A stretch of 39,466 nt of DNA, taken from positions 1-39,466 of the forward strand of contig JAGVOE010000048.1 in NCBI GenBank assembly GCA_020052895.1, read 5' to 3'. The stretch is from Candidatus Woesebacteria bacterium. Lineage in GTDB: Bacteria; Patescibacteriota; Microgenomatia; UBA1400; MFAQ01. The translations under genes and the position numbers were made by a program. This document shows, piece by piece, positions 16,577-23,929 of this stretch. The notes under the pieces are model-generated. The model was not told the origin of the DNA and ran no database searches. It worked only from the letters and a program-made list of their open reading frames with translations. Positions within the stretch are counted from its first letter, which is position 1; each line of letters starts with the position of its first letter.

Positions 16577-17650
16577 GTGGTAGAATTTAAAGGTTTGATC
16601 AATACAGATAGTTTGGTAAAAACCCTAGGTGAGGACAGAGTTAAGCTAAATGAGCCTTTGTCTCGACACACAAGTTTGAAGATTGGTGGGCCGGCTGAGC
16701 TCTTTTTTGAGACCAGAGACTCTGGTGACTTGATTAAAGCAGTTAGGCTGGCTAGAAGCTTTGGAGTGCCGGTAACGGTAATTGGTGGGGGGAGTAACGT
16801 GCTAGTGTCTGACCAGGGACTCAGAGGGCTAGTGGTAAAAAACGCGGGAGGTGAAGTGAAGATTCGAAGAATGAAGTTTTTTGGTTTTCACCGAGATAAA
16901 GTAATCCCAATTGAAGCTCGATGGATGGGGACCGAAGAAGGGACTCAAAAGTATGACTTTCATGACTTAAACTATGACGAAAGTAGCTTTCCAGAGATAG
17001 AGGTTTCGATAGATAGCGGGGTGAACCTGCAGGTGGCTATGTTCAAACTATTTGATGAAGGAATTACAGGGCTTCAGTGGTATGCCAGAATTCCCGGGAC
17101 GGTGGGTGGGGCGGTCTACAACAATATCCATGGTGGAAGCCATATCCTATCCGAAATAATTAAAGAGGTGGTGGTGCTGGATAATCATGGCGGGGTAAAG
17201 AAAATTCCGGCCAAAAATATGGAGTTTGGTTATGACAAATCCAGAATTCATGAAACAGGAGAAGTTATCTTGGAAGTAGTATTGAAACTGAAAAAGGGTG
17301 AGGTGGAAAAAGCTAAAGGTGTGGCAGAAGAATGGAGAAAGAGAAAAGCAAGTCAACCGTTTAATTCAGCCGGGTGTGTGTTTAAAAATATTCCCGAGGA
17401 GGATGCCTCTATACTCGGCTACCCCACCACTTCAACGGGATACATCATCGAACATATTCTAAATATGACCGGGTATAAAGTGGGCGGGGCAATGATCTCC
17501 CCGGATCACCACAACTTCATCGTGAATACCGGCGGGGCGACGGCCAAGGATTTCTTGGCGGTGATGGATGAAATTCAGAGACGTGCCAAGGAAGCGATTG
17601 GCTTGGAGCTGGAAGATGAGATAATACGACTGGGTGATTTTAATTATTAA
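16577..17650 (+). CDS. murB: UDP-N-acetylenolpyruvoylglucosamine reductase
   Basis: LNEPLSRHTSLKIGGPAE and VIGGGSNVLVSD indicate the FAD-binding MurB type. The start is GTG. It contains an internal insertion of ~50 aa relative to B. subtilis MurB as I recall it. Confidence 0.85.
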   Translation: MVEFKGLINTDSLVKTLGEDRVKLNEPLSRHTSLKIGGPAELFFETRDSGDLIKAVRLARSFGVPVTVIGGGSNVLVSDQGLRGLVVKNAGGEVKIRRMKFFGFHRDKVIPIEARWMGTEEGTQKYDFHDLNYDESSFPEIEVSIDSGVNLQVAMFKLFDEGITGLQWYARIPGTVGGAVYNNIHGGSHILSEIIKEVVVLDNHGGVKKIPAKNMEFGYDKSRIHETGEVILEVVLKLKKGEVEKAKGVAEEWRKRKASQPFNSAGCVFKNIPEEDASILGYPTTSTGYIIEHILNMTGYKVGGAMISPDHHNFIVNTGGATAKDFLAVMDEIQRRAKEAIGLELEDEIIRLGDFNY

Positions 17651-17666
17651 TTTAATTAACTAAATT

Positions 17667-18983
17667 GTGAATGGAGTATTGAGAATTACTGGAGGAAGAA
17701 AGCTGGAGGGAACGGTAACACCGATATCGAATAAGAATTCTTTAGTGGCGGTGTTGCCGGCGGCGATACTGACAAATGAAACAGTGACCTACAAAAATGT
17801 ACCGGGAACAAGTGATGCGGCCAAGATACTACAAATACTAAAGCTCTTGGGAGCAGAAGTAAATCAGGATGCGACCGGAGAAGTGAAGATAAATTGTTCG
17901 AGGATTAAGCACTACAAGGTGGATCGGGCACTAGGAGGCCAGTTTCGAGCTTCACTGATGTTTGCCGGCCCACTACTAGCAAGATTTGGAATAGCAGAGA
18001 TTCCTTTGCCCGGAGGGTGTGATCTGGGTATGAGATCGATATCTGCTCATTTGGACTCTTTGACAAAAGTGGGAGTGAAGTTTAAGTACGCAGATGGAAT
18101 CGTAAGGTTTGTGGCACCCAAGAAAACAGCCAAGTCTTACGACGTTTGGCAACTGGAAGCGAGTGTGACGGCGACGGAAAACCTTTTGCTATATGCGGCT
18201 GGTACGGGGGCGGAGTTTACCATTACTGATGCGGCCTGTGAACCTCATGTAAGTGAGTTACTGAGAATGTTGCAAACAATGGGGGCGACGGTAGAAGGAA
18301 TTGGGTCTAATAAAGTGTATATAAAAGGAAGTAAAAAATTGGGTGGGGCGAGCTATGAACCTGGCCCGGACTTTGTCGATGTGGCCGGACTGATGGTGGC
18401 CGCGGCGGTAACGGATGGAAAGATCCGCATAAAAGGGGCTAATGTCCCCGAGGTGGTAAACGGCATGATCAATTGGTTTGAACTTTTTAACGTCATGATA
18501 GAGAGAGAGGGAGGGGACTTGATTGTCAGTAGAAAGGGAGAGCTTTGGGTGGACACGGTCAATTCTGGAGTGCCCATGGCGGCACCAGGACTACCTAAGC
18601 TATATCCCCGTCCTTGGCCCGGTTTTCCGGTAGACGCGATCCCGGTTATGGCGGTACTGGCCAGTAAATCTAAAGGGAGAGTGTTACTTAAGAACTGGAT
18701 GTATGAGTCAGGACTGGAGTTTGTTCGAGAGCTGAACGCTATGGGAGCCGATATCTTTGTGTCTGATCCCGAGAGAGTAATTGTCTCCGGGCCGGTAACC
18801 TTTAAAGGAGGGGTGGTGGTATCCCCCAACGTGATTCAAGCCTGCAAAGCGATCTTTATTGCGGCACTTTGCGACCCAGTGGTGACCGAAATTCATGGAG
18901 TAGACATCTTGCGCAGAAGATACCCCAATGTATTTGAAACTTACACTAGCCTGGGGGCGATAATAGAAAGGGTAAATGACTAA
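17667..18983 (+). CDS. murA: UDP-N-acetylglucosamine 1-carboxyvinyltransferase
   Basis: LRITGGRKLEGTV, SNKNSLVAVLPAA and the active-site Cys context LPGGCDLGMRSI. The start is GTG. Confidence 0.9.
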   Translation: MNGVLRITGGRKLEGTVTPISNKNSLVAVLPAAILTNETVTYKNVPGTSDAAKILQILKLLGAEVNQDATGEVKINCSRIKHYKVDRALGGQFRASLMFAGPLLARFGIAEIPLPGGCDLGMRSISAHLDSLTKVGVKFKYADGIVRFVAPKKTAKSYDVWQLEASVTATENLLLYAAGTGAEFTITDAACEPHVSELLRMLQTMGATVEGIGSNKVYIKGSKKLGGASYEPGPDFVDVAGLMVAAAVTDGKIRIKGANVPEVVNGMINWFELFNVMIEREGGDLIVSRKGELWVDTVNSGVPMAAPGLPKLYPRPWPGFPVDAIPVMAVLASKSKGRVLLKNWMYESGLEFVRELNAMGADIFVSDPERVIVSGPVTFKGGVVVSPNVIQACKAIFIAALCDPVVTEIHGVDILRRRYPNVFETYTSLGAIIERVND

Positions 18984-19596
18984 AATAATAAATAAGATTC
19001 CATATTTTTCGCAGTGGGAGTCGTCGAAGTTGGTTGAACAAATAATAAAGAGAAAAATTTTGGCAAGAGATGACCCGAATTGGAAAATATCTGGGGCAAC
19101 TACTCAAGAAGAATATGAACTTTGGAGCTGGAATGTCTGTGGAATGGCTTGTTTGAAAATGATCTTGTCAAGTAAGTTTGGAAAAAATTACAAGACGATT
19201 GAACTAGCTAAGAGATGTGAAACCTATGCCGGCTATGACAAAAATGGGGACAAAATTGAGGGGTTGTTTTATAAAGAATTTTGTAAATTTTTGGCAAAGG
19301 AATTTGAGATTAAATCTAGATTTTTTAGATTCTTTTTGACCATTGGGCAGATTAAAAGAGAACTTAAAAAAGGTAATTATTTGATGGTTTCGGTGAGTGC
19401 TAGCATTAGAAAGCCAGATCACACACCCGAACACAAAGGAGGGCATTTGGTATTAATTACTGGTTTTGACGACGATAAAAAAACCTTGTTTATACATAAC
19501 CCATCCGGGTTTTTCGGTGAATCTCAAGAAAATTATGAAATAGCCGAAAAGGACTTTAAAAAATTCTTTGCCGGTAGGGGGATATTAGTGTATTAA
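18976..19596 (+). CDS. papain-like cysteine peptidase, C39-like domain (copy 1)
   Basis: IPYFSQWES...WSWNVCGMACLKMIL (Gln/Cys) and GGHLVLITGFDD...IHNP (His/Asp-Asn) fit the C39-like pattern. It overlaps murA by 8 nt. Confidence 0.6.
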   Translation: MTKIINKIPYFSQWESSKLVEQIIKRKILARDDPNWKISGATTQEEYELWSWNVCGMACLKMILSSKFGKNYKTIELAKRCETYAGYDKNGDKIEGLFYKEFCKFLAKEFEIKSRFFRFFLTIGQIKRELKKGNYLMVSVSASIRKPDHTPEHKGGHLVLITGFDDDKKTLFIHNPSGFFGESQENYEIAEKDFKKFFAGRGILVY

Positions 19597-19605
19597 AATA
19601 AAACA

Positions 19606-20757
19606 ATGAATCCAAAAAAAGTGATGGTGGTGTATGGAGGAGTGAGTCCGGAACACGATGTAGCGGTGGTGACGGCTTGGCAGGTGATGCACGCTTTGAA
19701 AAAAGCGGGATTTGAAGTGATGCCGGTTTACATCAGTAAAAATGGAAGCTGGTATCTGGGGGATGATAAGTTTCTCGACTCTAAGTCTTATCAAAATAGT
19801 AAACTGCTACTGAGGGGAGCAAAAGAAATCATTCTTTCGCCTGAAACGGAAAGGGGTGTACTCCAAAAGGGTCTGTGGAACTTTGGGATGACTGAAAATC
19901 AACCGGACGTAATTTTTCCAGTGGTTCACGGGAGGGGTGGGGAGGATGGAACCCTCCAAGGGCTCTTTGAGATGTCAGGTATTCCCTATGTGGGCTGTGG
20001 GGTGACGGCAAGCGCGGTAAAGATCGACAAGTATCTAGCCAAAATTATTGCCAAATCAATCGGTATTGACGTTTTGGCTGACAGATTGGTCACAAAGGGA
20101 GAAACATTGAGTATGGCGGAAAGAAAAGAAATTAAATACCCTGTGATGGTGAAGCCGGTGGGCCTGGGGTCGAGCATCGGTTTATCCCGAGTAGAGAAAG
20201 AAAGGGATCTGGAAGACGCCCTGGAGGTGGCCTTTTGCTATGACAGAAGAGTGATGATCGAAGAAGCTCTCAGCGACTTTGCTGAAGTAAATATTTCTAT
20301 CATGGGAAACGGACCTTACGAACTATCCATGACGGAGCGGCCAGTGGCAAGTGGAGAGGTGTTGTCCTTCTCGGATAAGTATGAAGGGCAGACAAAACAA
20401 AAGGGGATGGCTGGAGCTAAGAGGCTGATCCCGGCTGATCAGAAACCAGAGGTAATAAAAAAGATTGAGAAGTTTACAGTGGACTATTTCCGAGCCATAG
20501 GGGGAAAGGGTATTGCCAGAATAGATTTTATGGTTTCAAAGTCTGGCAAAATTTTCTTTAACGAAATAAATACCATGCCGGGGTCGCTGGCGTTTTATCT
20601 TTGGGCGGCGAGCGGGGTGACTTTTGAAGAACTGGTAACTAGACTGGTAAATTTTGCCCTGGAGGAAAAAGAAAGTAAGAAGGGCTTGATAAATACTTTT
20701 GAAAGTAATATCCTAGCCGGATTTGCCAATTTGGGGCTTAAGGGCGGGAAGGTTTAG
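19606..20757 (+). CDS. ddl: D-alanine--D-alanine ligase
   Basis: VVYGGVSPEHDVAV, FPVVHGRGGEDGTLQGLFE and EINTMPG are ATP-grasp Ddl signatures. Confidence 0.9.
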   Translation: MNPKKVMVVYGGVSPEHDVAVVTAWQVMHALKKAGFEVMPVYISKNGSWYLGDDKFLDSKSYQNSKLLLRGAKEIILSPETERGVLQKGLWNFGMTENQPDVIFPVVHGRGGEDGTLQGLFEMSGIPYVGCGVTASAVKIDKYLAKIIAKSIGIDVLADRLVTKGETLSMAERKEIKYPVMVKPVGLGSSIGLSRVEKERDLEDALEVAFCYDRRVMIEEALSDFAEVNISIMGNGPYELSMTERPVASGEVLSFSDKYEGQTKQKGMAGAKRLIPADQKPEVIKKIEKFTVDYFRAIGGKGIARIDFMVSKSGKIFFNEINTMPGSLAFYLWAASGVTFEELVTRLVNFALEEKESKKGLINTFESNILAGFANLGLKGGKV

Positions 20758-21695
20758 TGATTAAAATGAATATTTTTGCTGCTGCAAATACGAAGAACGT
20801 GTTTCACAAGGGAAAAGGTGGAAATTTGTATCAACTAGATACTATCTCTAATCAGATAAACCTGGAGAGTAAGATGACAGAATTTGGGTGGAATATAAAC
20901 TATATTTCCTCTGAGGGTAAGGAAAAAGAGTCTTGTGAAATGGTGAACCTGGTCCATAGAAATAATTATCTGGACATTTTTAGACAAGAAAAATCTCAAA
21001 CGACATATCTGTCAAATGGACTAATGCTTCAACCGTCACTGTACCCTACCGCGCTCGAGCATGCTTTAATTGCCAAAAGAATGGTTGACTCTGCATTAAA
21101 AAATGGTTCTGCTTTTTCAACTGTTGGAGGAGGTCATCATTGTGAATTTGGCATGCCTTTTGGTTTTGGATTGGTTAATACTCTGGCAATAAGTGCGGTG
21201 TATGCTACCACCTTAAAGCAGAGGGTAGTCATCTTGGACTTAGACACACATTATAGTAATGGATGTAATGATTTACTTCACAATAGAGAAGATATCCTCA
21301 TGACGAGTTTGTGGAATCAAAGTATTCCAGCATGGAAGTATTGTGACAGCAAAGACAATCTGTTCCATGTAAAAGTTACTAGCTCTAACGATTATTTTGT
21401 TGAATTGAAGAAGTTGATGGACAAAATTGAGGACTTCAAACCCTCTTTGTTTATATATCATTTGGGTTTCGACGTTTTAGACTCAGACAGGATGGGTGGT
21501 GTTCACGGAATGAACAAGGCAAAACTACTGTTGAGAGAAAAACTGGTGAGAAAGTTCATAGATAAACTTCAAACTCCTTACTTAGTTTATAGGGGTGGTG
21601 GATATGTTGATTATCGCGACGGAGAATTGGAAACTTCAGCAAGAAAAGCAGGACTACTTGAGATACAAATGTCAGCGATTAAAGTTTATATTTAG
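20757..21695 (+). CDS. histone-deacetylase/acetoin-utilisation (arginase-fold) family deacetylase-like protein
   Basis: GGGHHCEFG, VVILDLDTHYSNG and HLGFDVLDSDRMGG match the HDAC-family metal and catalytic motifs. The start is either GTG 20757 or ATG 20766. Confidence 0.65.
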   Translation: MIKMNIFAAANTKNVFHKGKGGNLYQLDTISNQINLESKMTEFGWNINYISSEGKEKESCEMVNLVHRNNYLDIFRQEKSQTTYLSNGLMLQPSLYPTALEHALIAKRMVDSALKNGSAFSTVGGGHHCEFGMPFGFGLVNTLAISAVYATTLKQRVVILDLDTHYSNGCNDLLHNREDILMTSLWNQSIPAWKYCDSKDNLFHVKVTSSNDYFVELKKLMDKIEDFKPSLFIYHLGFDVLDSDRMGGVHGMNKAKLLLREKLVRKFIDKLQTPYLVYRGGGYVDYRDGELETSARKAGLLEIQMSAIKVYI

Positions 21696-21701
21696 ATTCT
21701 C

Positions 21702-23108
21702 CTAGAAATTGTCTGGGAGGTCGTTTTCCAATAGTATCCAGTCGTAGTCCTGGGATAATTCTTCGATAAGTGGCCAGAGGTTGGTGGAGTTCGGAATGTA
21801 GGAAATGGGTGGAGTGAGCCCCGCCATGGCGGGGGACGAGTTGAGGCCCTGTTCAAGACTGAGGGTGCGGATGGATTTGCCCACCAGGATAAATTTGTCA
21901 AAAACTTTTGAGGCAAGACCACCAATTCTTTGGTGAACTTCGACAGTCCTGATTCCCAGCTCGACGATACCTGGGGTGATGAGTACTTTTTTGCCCGGTA
22001 ACTTGGAAAGATCACTAATTAAGGAAGTAAAGCCATCTTCGTTACTTGAAAAAGCGTTATCTATGAGTGTAGCCTGGTTAATTTTCTTTAGTTCCAGCCG
22101 GTGGGGTGAGGAGGTAATTTTGGCAACTTGACGGGAGATAATCTCTTTGGGAACTTTAAGGATTAAGGCCATAGAGATGGCGGCGGTGAGATTGTAAAGA
22201 TTGCTGGTGCCAAAAAGAGAAGGGGTGTAGGAGTATTCTTTGTTTTGGTAAATGAGAACAAAATTTAAGCCTTCGGGTGAAAAGGTGTATTCTTTGATGA
22301 AAAAATCAGCTTTTGGATTGGTGATAGAGTAAGTCTGAACTCCATGATACTGAAGAAGAGATAGTCGGTTGGCAATATGTGAATTGTCAAGATTAACTAA
22401 AGCATGGCTTGGTTTAACTGCATCAATCAATTCAAACTTGGCCAGGGTGGTGTTTGAAAGGCTTTTGAATCTTTCGAGGTGCTGGCTACCAATGGCCGTT
22501 AGGATAGCGTACTTGGGAGGTACCATACGACAAAGTTCGGTTATCTCCCCGCGGATATAGGCGCCCATTTCGCAGATAAAGTATTTTGACTTGGACAGTA
22601 ACTCCAAATCAACAACTTTGGCGATGCCAAAAATAGTGTTGTAACTTTCCGGAGTTTTTAAGGTTTCTTGATAGCCACTAAGAATAGTAAAAAGAAAATC
22701 TTTAACCGAGGTTTTGCCGTAGGAGCCGGTAACTCCAATTACGGTGAGATGGGGATGGGATGTAATCTGACGGTTGATGATCTTGATGGTCCGCTGGCGA
22801 TTTATTTTTTCGTAAGGCCAGAGAACAATGAGAGCTACAAAAAAGTAGAGAAAGGGAGAGACAAGAAAAACAAAGATGGGGATTAAGGTAAAGTAGGTAA
22901 GTCCATAGAAGAACAAGAAAAGGAGGGAAACGGTGAGGACAATGTAAGAAAGACGAATTATAAACCGAGCTTTGGGGGTAATGATCAGAGGTTTTTTGGA
23001 TGAAATGGAGAAGGTTAAAGGATGTCTTATCCACCAAGCCAGAAAACGAATGATAGAGTAGCCTTCCTGCTGAAGAATGGTGAGCTGAGCTTTGAGTGAC
23101 TTAAACAT
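21702..23108 (-). CDS. Mur-ligase family protein, MurF-like core with an N-terminal multi-transmembrane region
   Basis: VIGVTGSYGKTSVKDFL (P-loop), ESYNTIFG and EMGAYIRGEI...AIGSQHLERF resemble MurF. The first ~100 aa are hydrophobic helices instead of the usual MurF N-domain. Confidence 0.7.
   Translation of the reverse strand: MFKSLKAQLTILQQEGYSIIRFLAWWIRHPLTFSISSKKPLIITPKARFIIRLSYIVLTVSLLFLFFYGLTYFTLIPIFVFLVSPFLYFFVALIVLWPYEKINRQRTIKIINRQITSHPHLTVIGVTGSYGKTSVKDFLFTILSGYQETLKTPESYNTIFGIAKVVDLELLSKSKYFICEMGAYIRGEITELCRMVPPKYAILTAIGSQHLERFKSLSNTTLAKFELIDAVKPSHALVNLDNSHIANRLSLLQYHGVQTYSITNPKADFFIKEYTFSPEGLNFVLIYQNKEYSYTPSLFGTSNLYNLTAAISMALILKVPKEIISRQVAKITSSPHRLELKKINQATLIDNAFSSNEDGFTSLISDLSKLPGKKVLITPGIVELGIRTVEVHQRIGGLASKVFDKFILVGKSIRTLSLEQGLNSSPAMAGLTPPISYIPNSTNLWPLIEELSQDYDWILLENDLPDNF
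21819..21835. repeat. GC-rich palindrome CCCCGCCATGGCGGGG(G), copy inside the MurF-like CDS
   Basis: A perfect 16-nt palindrome. The identical 17-mer occurs at 37329-37345. Here it is translated on the minus strand as SPAMAG. Confidence 0.85.
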
Positions 23109-23856
23109 ATTTGTCTGTGATTATTTGGTTGATTATGTCGGCGAGCTGGTGTGATTGACTCAGGTGGATCAGATGATTGGCACCATAAATAACATGAAGA
23201 TGACTGTTGGGAATATTTTCAGCTAGAAATTTGCCCATATTGGGAATAACGAAGTCTTCACTACCCCAAATAATATCGGTCGGAATGGTAACGGCCTTTA
23301 GAAATGGTTTAAGGTTGTAAATAACGATTTTATTTAGAACCCCCCTTTGGTATTCGTTTGAATTGCTGTAGTCACTGGGAGTGGACCAACCTAGAAATTT
23401 TTCAAAAGTATTGTGGGGGAGTAAGGAAAAAAGGGGTTTGATAACCTTGGTAAGTTTGATTTTGGTTTGGGTGAATTTACTTCTTTCTCGGATGGCGGCG
23501 GGGGCGATGAGAATAATAGACTTGAGATCTTTTGGGTCCTTGAGAGCATAATCGAGAGTGATCTGACCACCAAAAGAGTGACCAGCCAAAATGAAGTTTT
23601 TTAAATTGAGTTTTTGAGTAAAGTGTCTGACAAAAATGGTGTATTCCGGCACGCCCGGCTTGTCTGGAAGAGGGCTGGTAGAACCAAAGCCGGGGAGATC
23701 GATGAGGATCACTCTGACCTTGAGTGGTAGGAGCTTGGTTAGAGGTAGCCAATAAGAAATGGATGAGCCCCAACCGTGAAGGATGACGATAGTCCTTTTT
23801 TGTTTTGGATTGATGTCTGAGTAATTCGTTAAAACTCCGTTGATGACAGTTTGCAT
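23101..23856 (-). CDS. alpha/beta-fold hydrolase
   Basis: VILHGWGSS and the nucleophile elbow LAGHSFGG. The start is set at ATG 23856, because the longer TTG-started ORF to 23901 would be translated from repeat DNA. Its stop overlaps the MurF-like start (ATGTTTAA). Confidence 0.75.
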   Translation of the reverse strand: MQTVINGVLTNYSDINPKQKRTIVILHGWGSSISYWLPLTKLLPLKVRVILIDLPGFGSTSPLPDKPGVPEYTIFVRHFTQKLNLKNFILAGHSFGGQITLDYALKDPKDLKSIILIAPAAIRERSKFTQTKIKLTKVIKPLFSLLPHNTFEKFLGWSTPSDYSNSNEYQRGVLNKIVIYNLKPFLKAVTIPTDIIWGSEDFVIPNMGKFLAENIPNSHLHVIYGANHLIHLSQSHQLADIINQIITDKYV

Positions 23857-23884
23857 TGATTTTATTATACGGACAAAAAAATCT

Positions 23885-23911
23885 AAAACTCCAAAACTCA
23901 AAAAATCAAAG
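23885..23911 (+). repeat. degenerate octamer repeat (AAAACTCC AAAACTCA AAAAATCA AAG), intergenic
   Basis: It has 8-nt periodicity and is related to the AAGAACTC arrays found in CDSs. Confidence 0.5.
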
Positions 23912-23919
23912 CGATAGAG

Positions 23920-23928
23920 TGGTAGAAT
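23920..23928 (+). promoter_or_regulatory. extended -10 element TGGTAGAAT upstream of leuS
   Basis: TGG+TAGAAT. The second in-frame ATG of leuS (23936) begins 8 nt after the hexamer. Confidence 0.45.
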
Positions 23929-23929
23929 T

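Noticed and set aside
18353-18896. Minus-strand ORFs inside murA
   Set aside because: They are antisense to a well-conserved MurA frame and have low-complexity composition.
23857-23901. TTG-initiated N-terminal extension of the alpha/beta hydrolase (MSFGVLDFFVRIIKS)
   Set aside because: It would be translated from the antisense of the degenerate octamer repeat in the divergent promoter region. ATG 23856 gives a normal hydrolase N-terminus.
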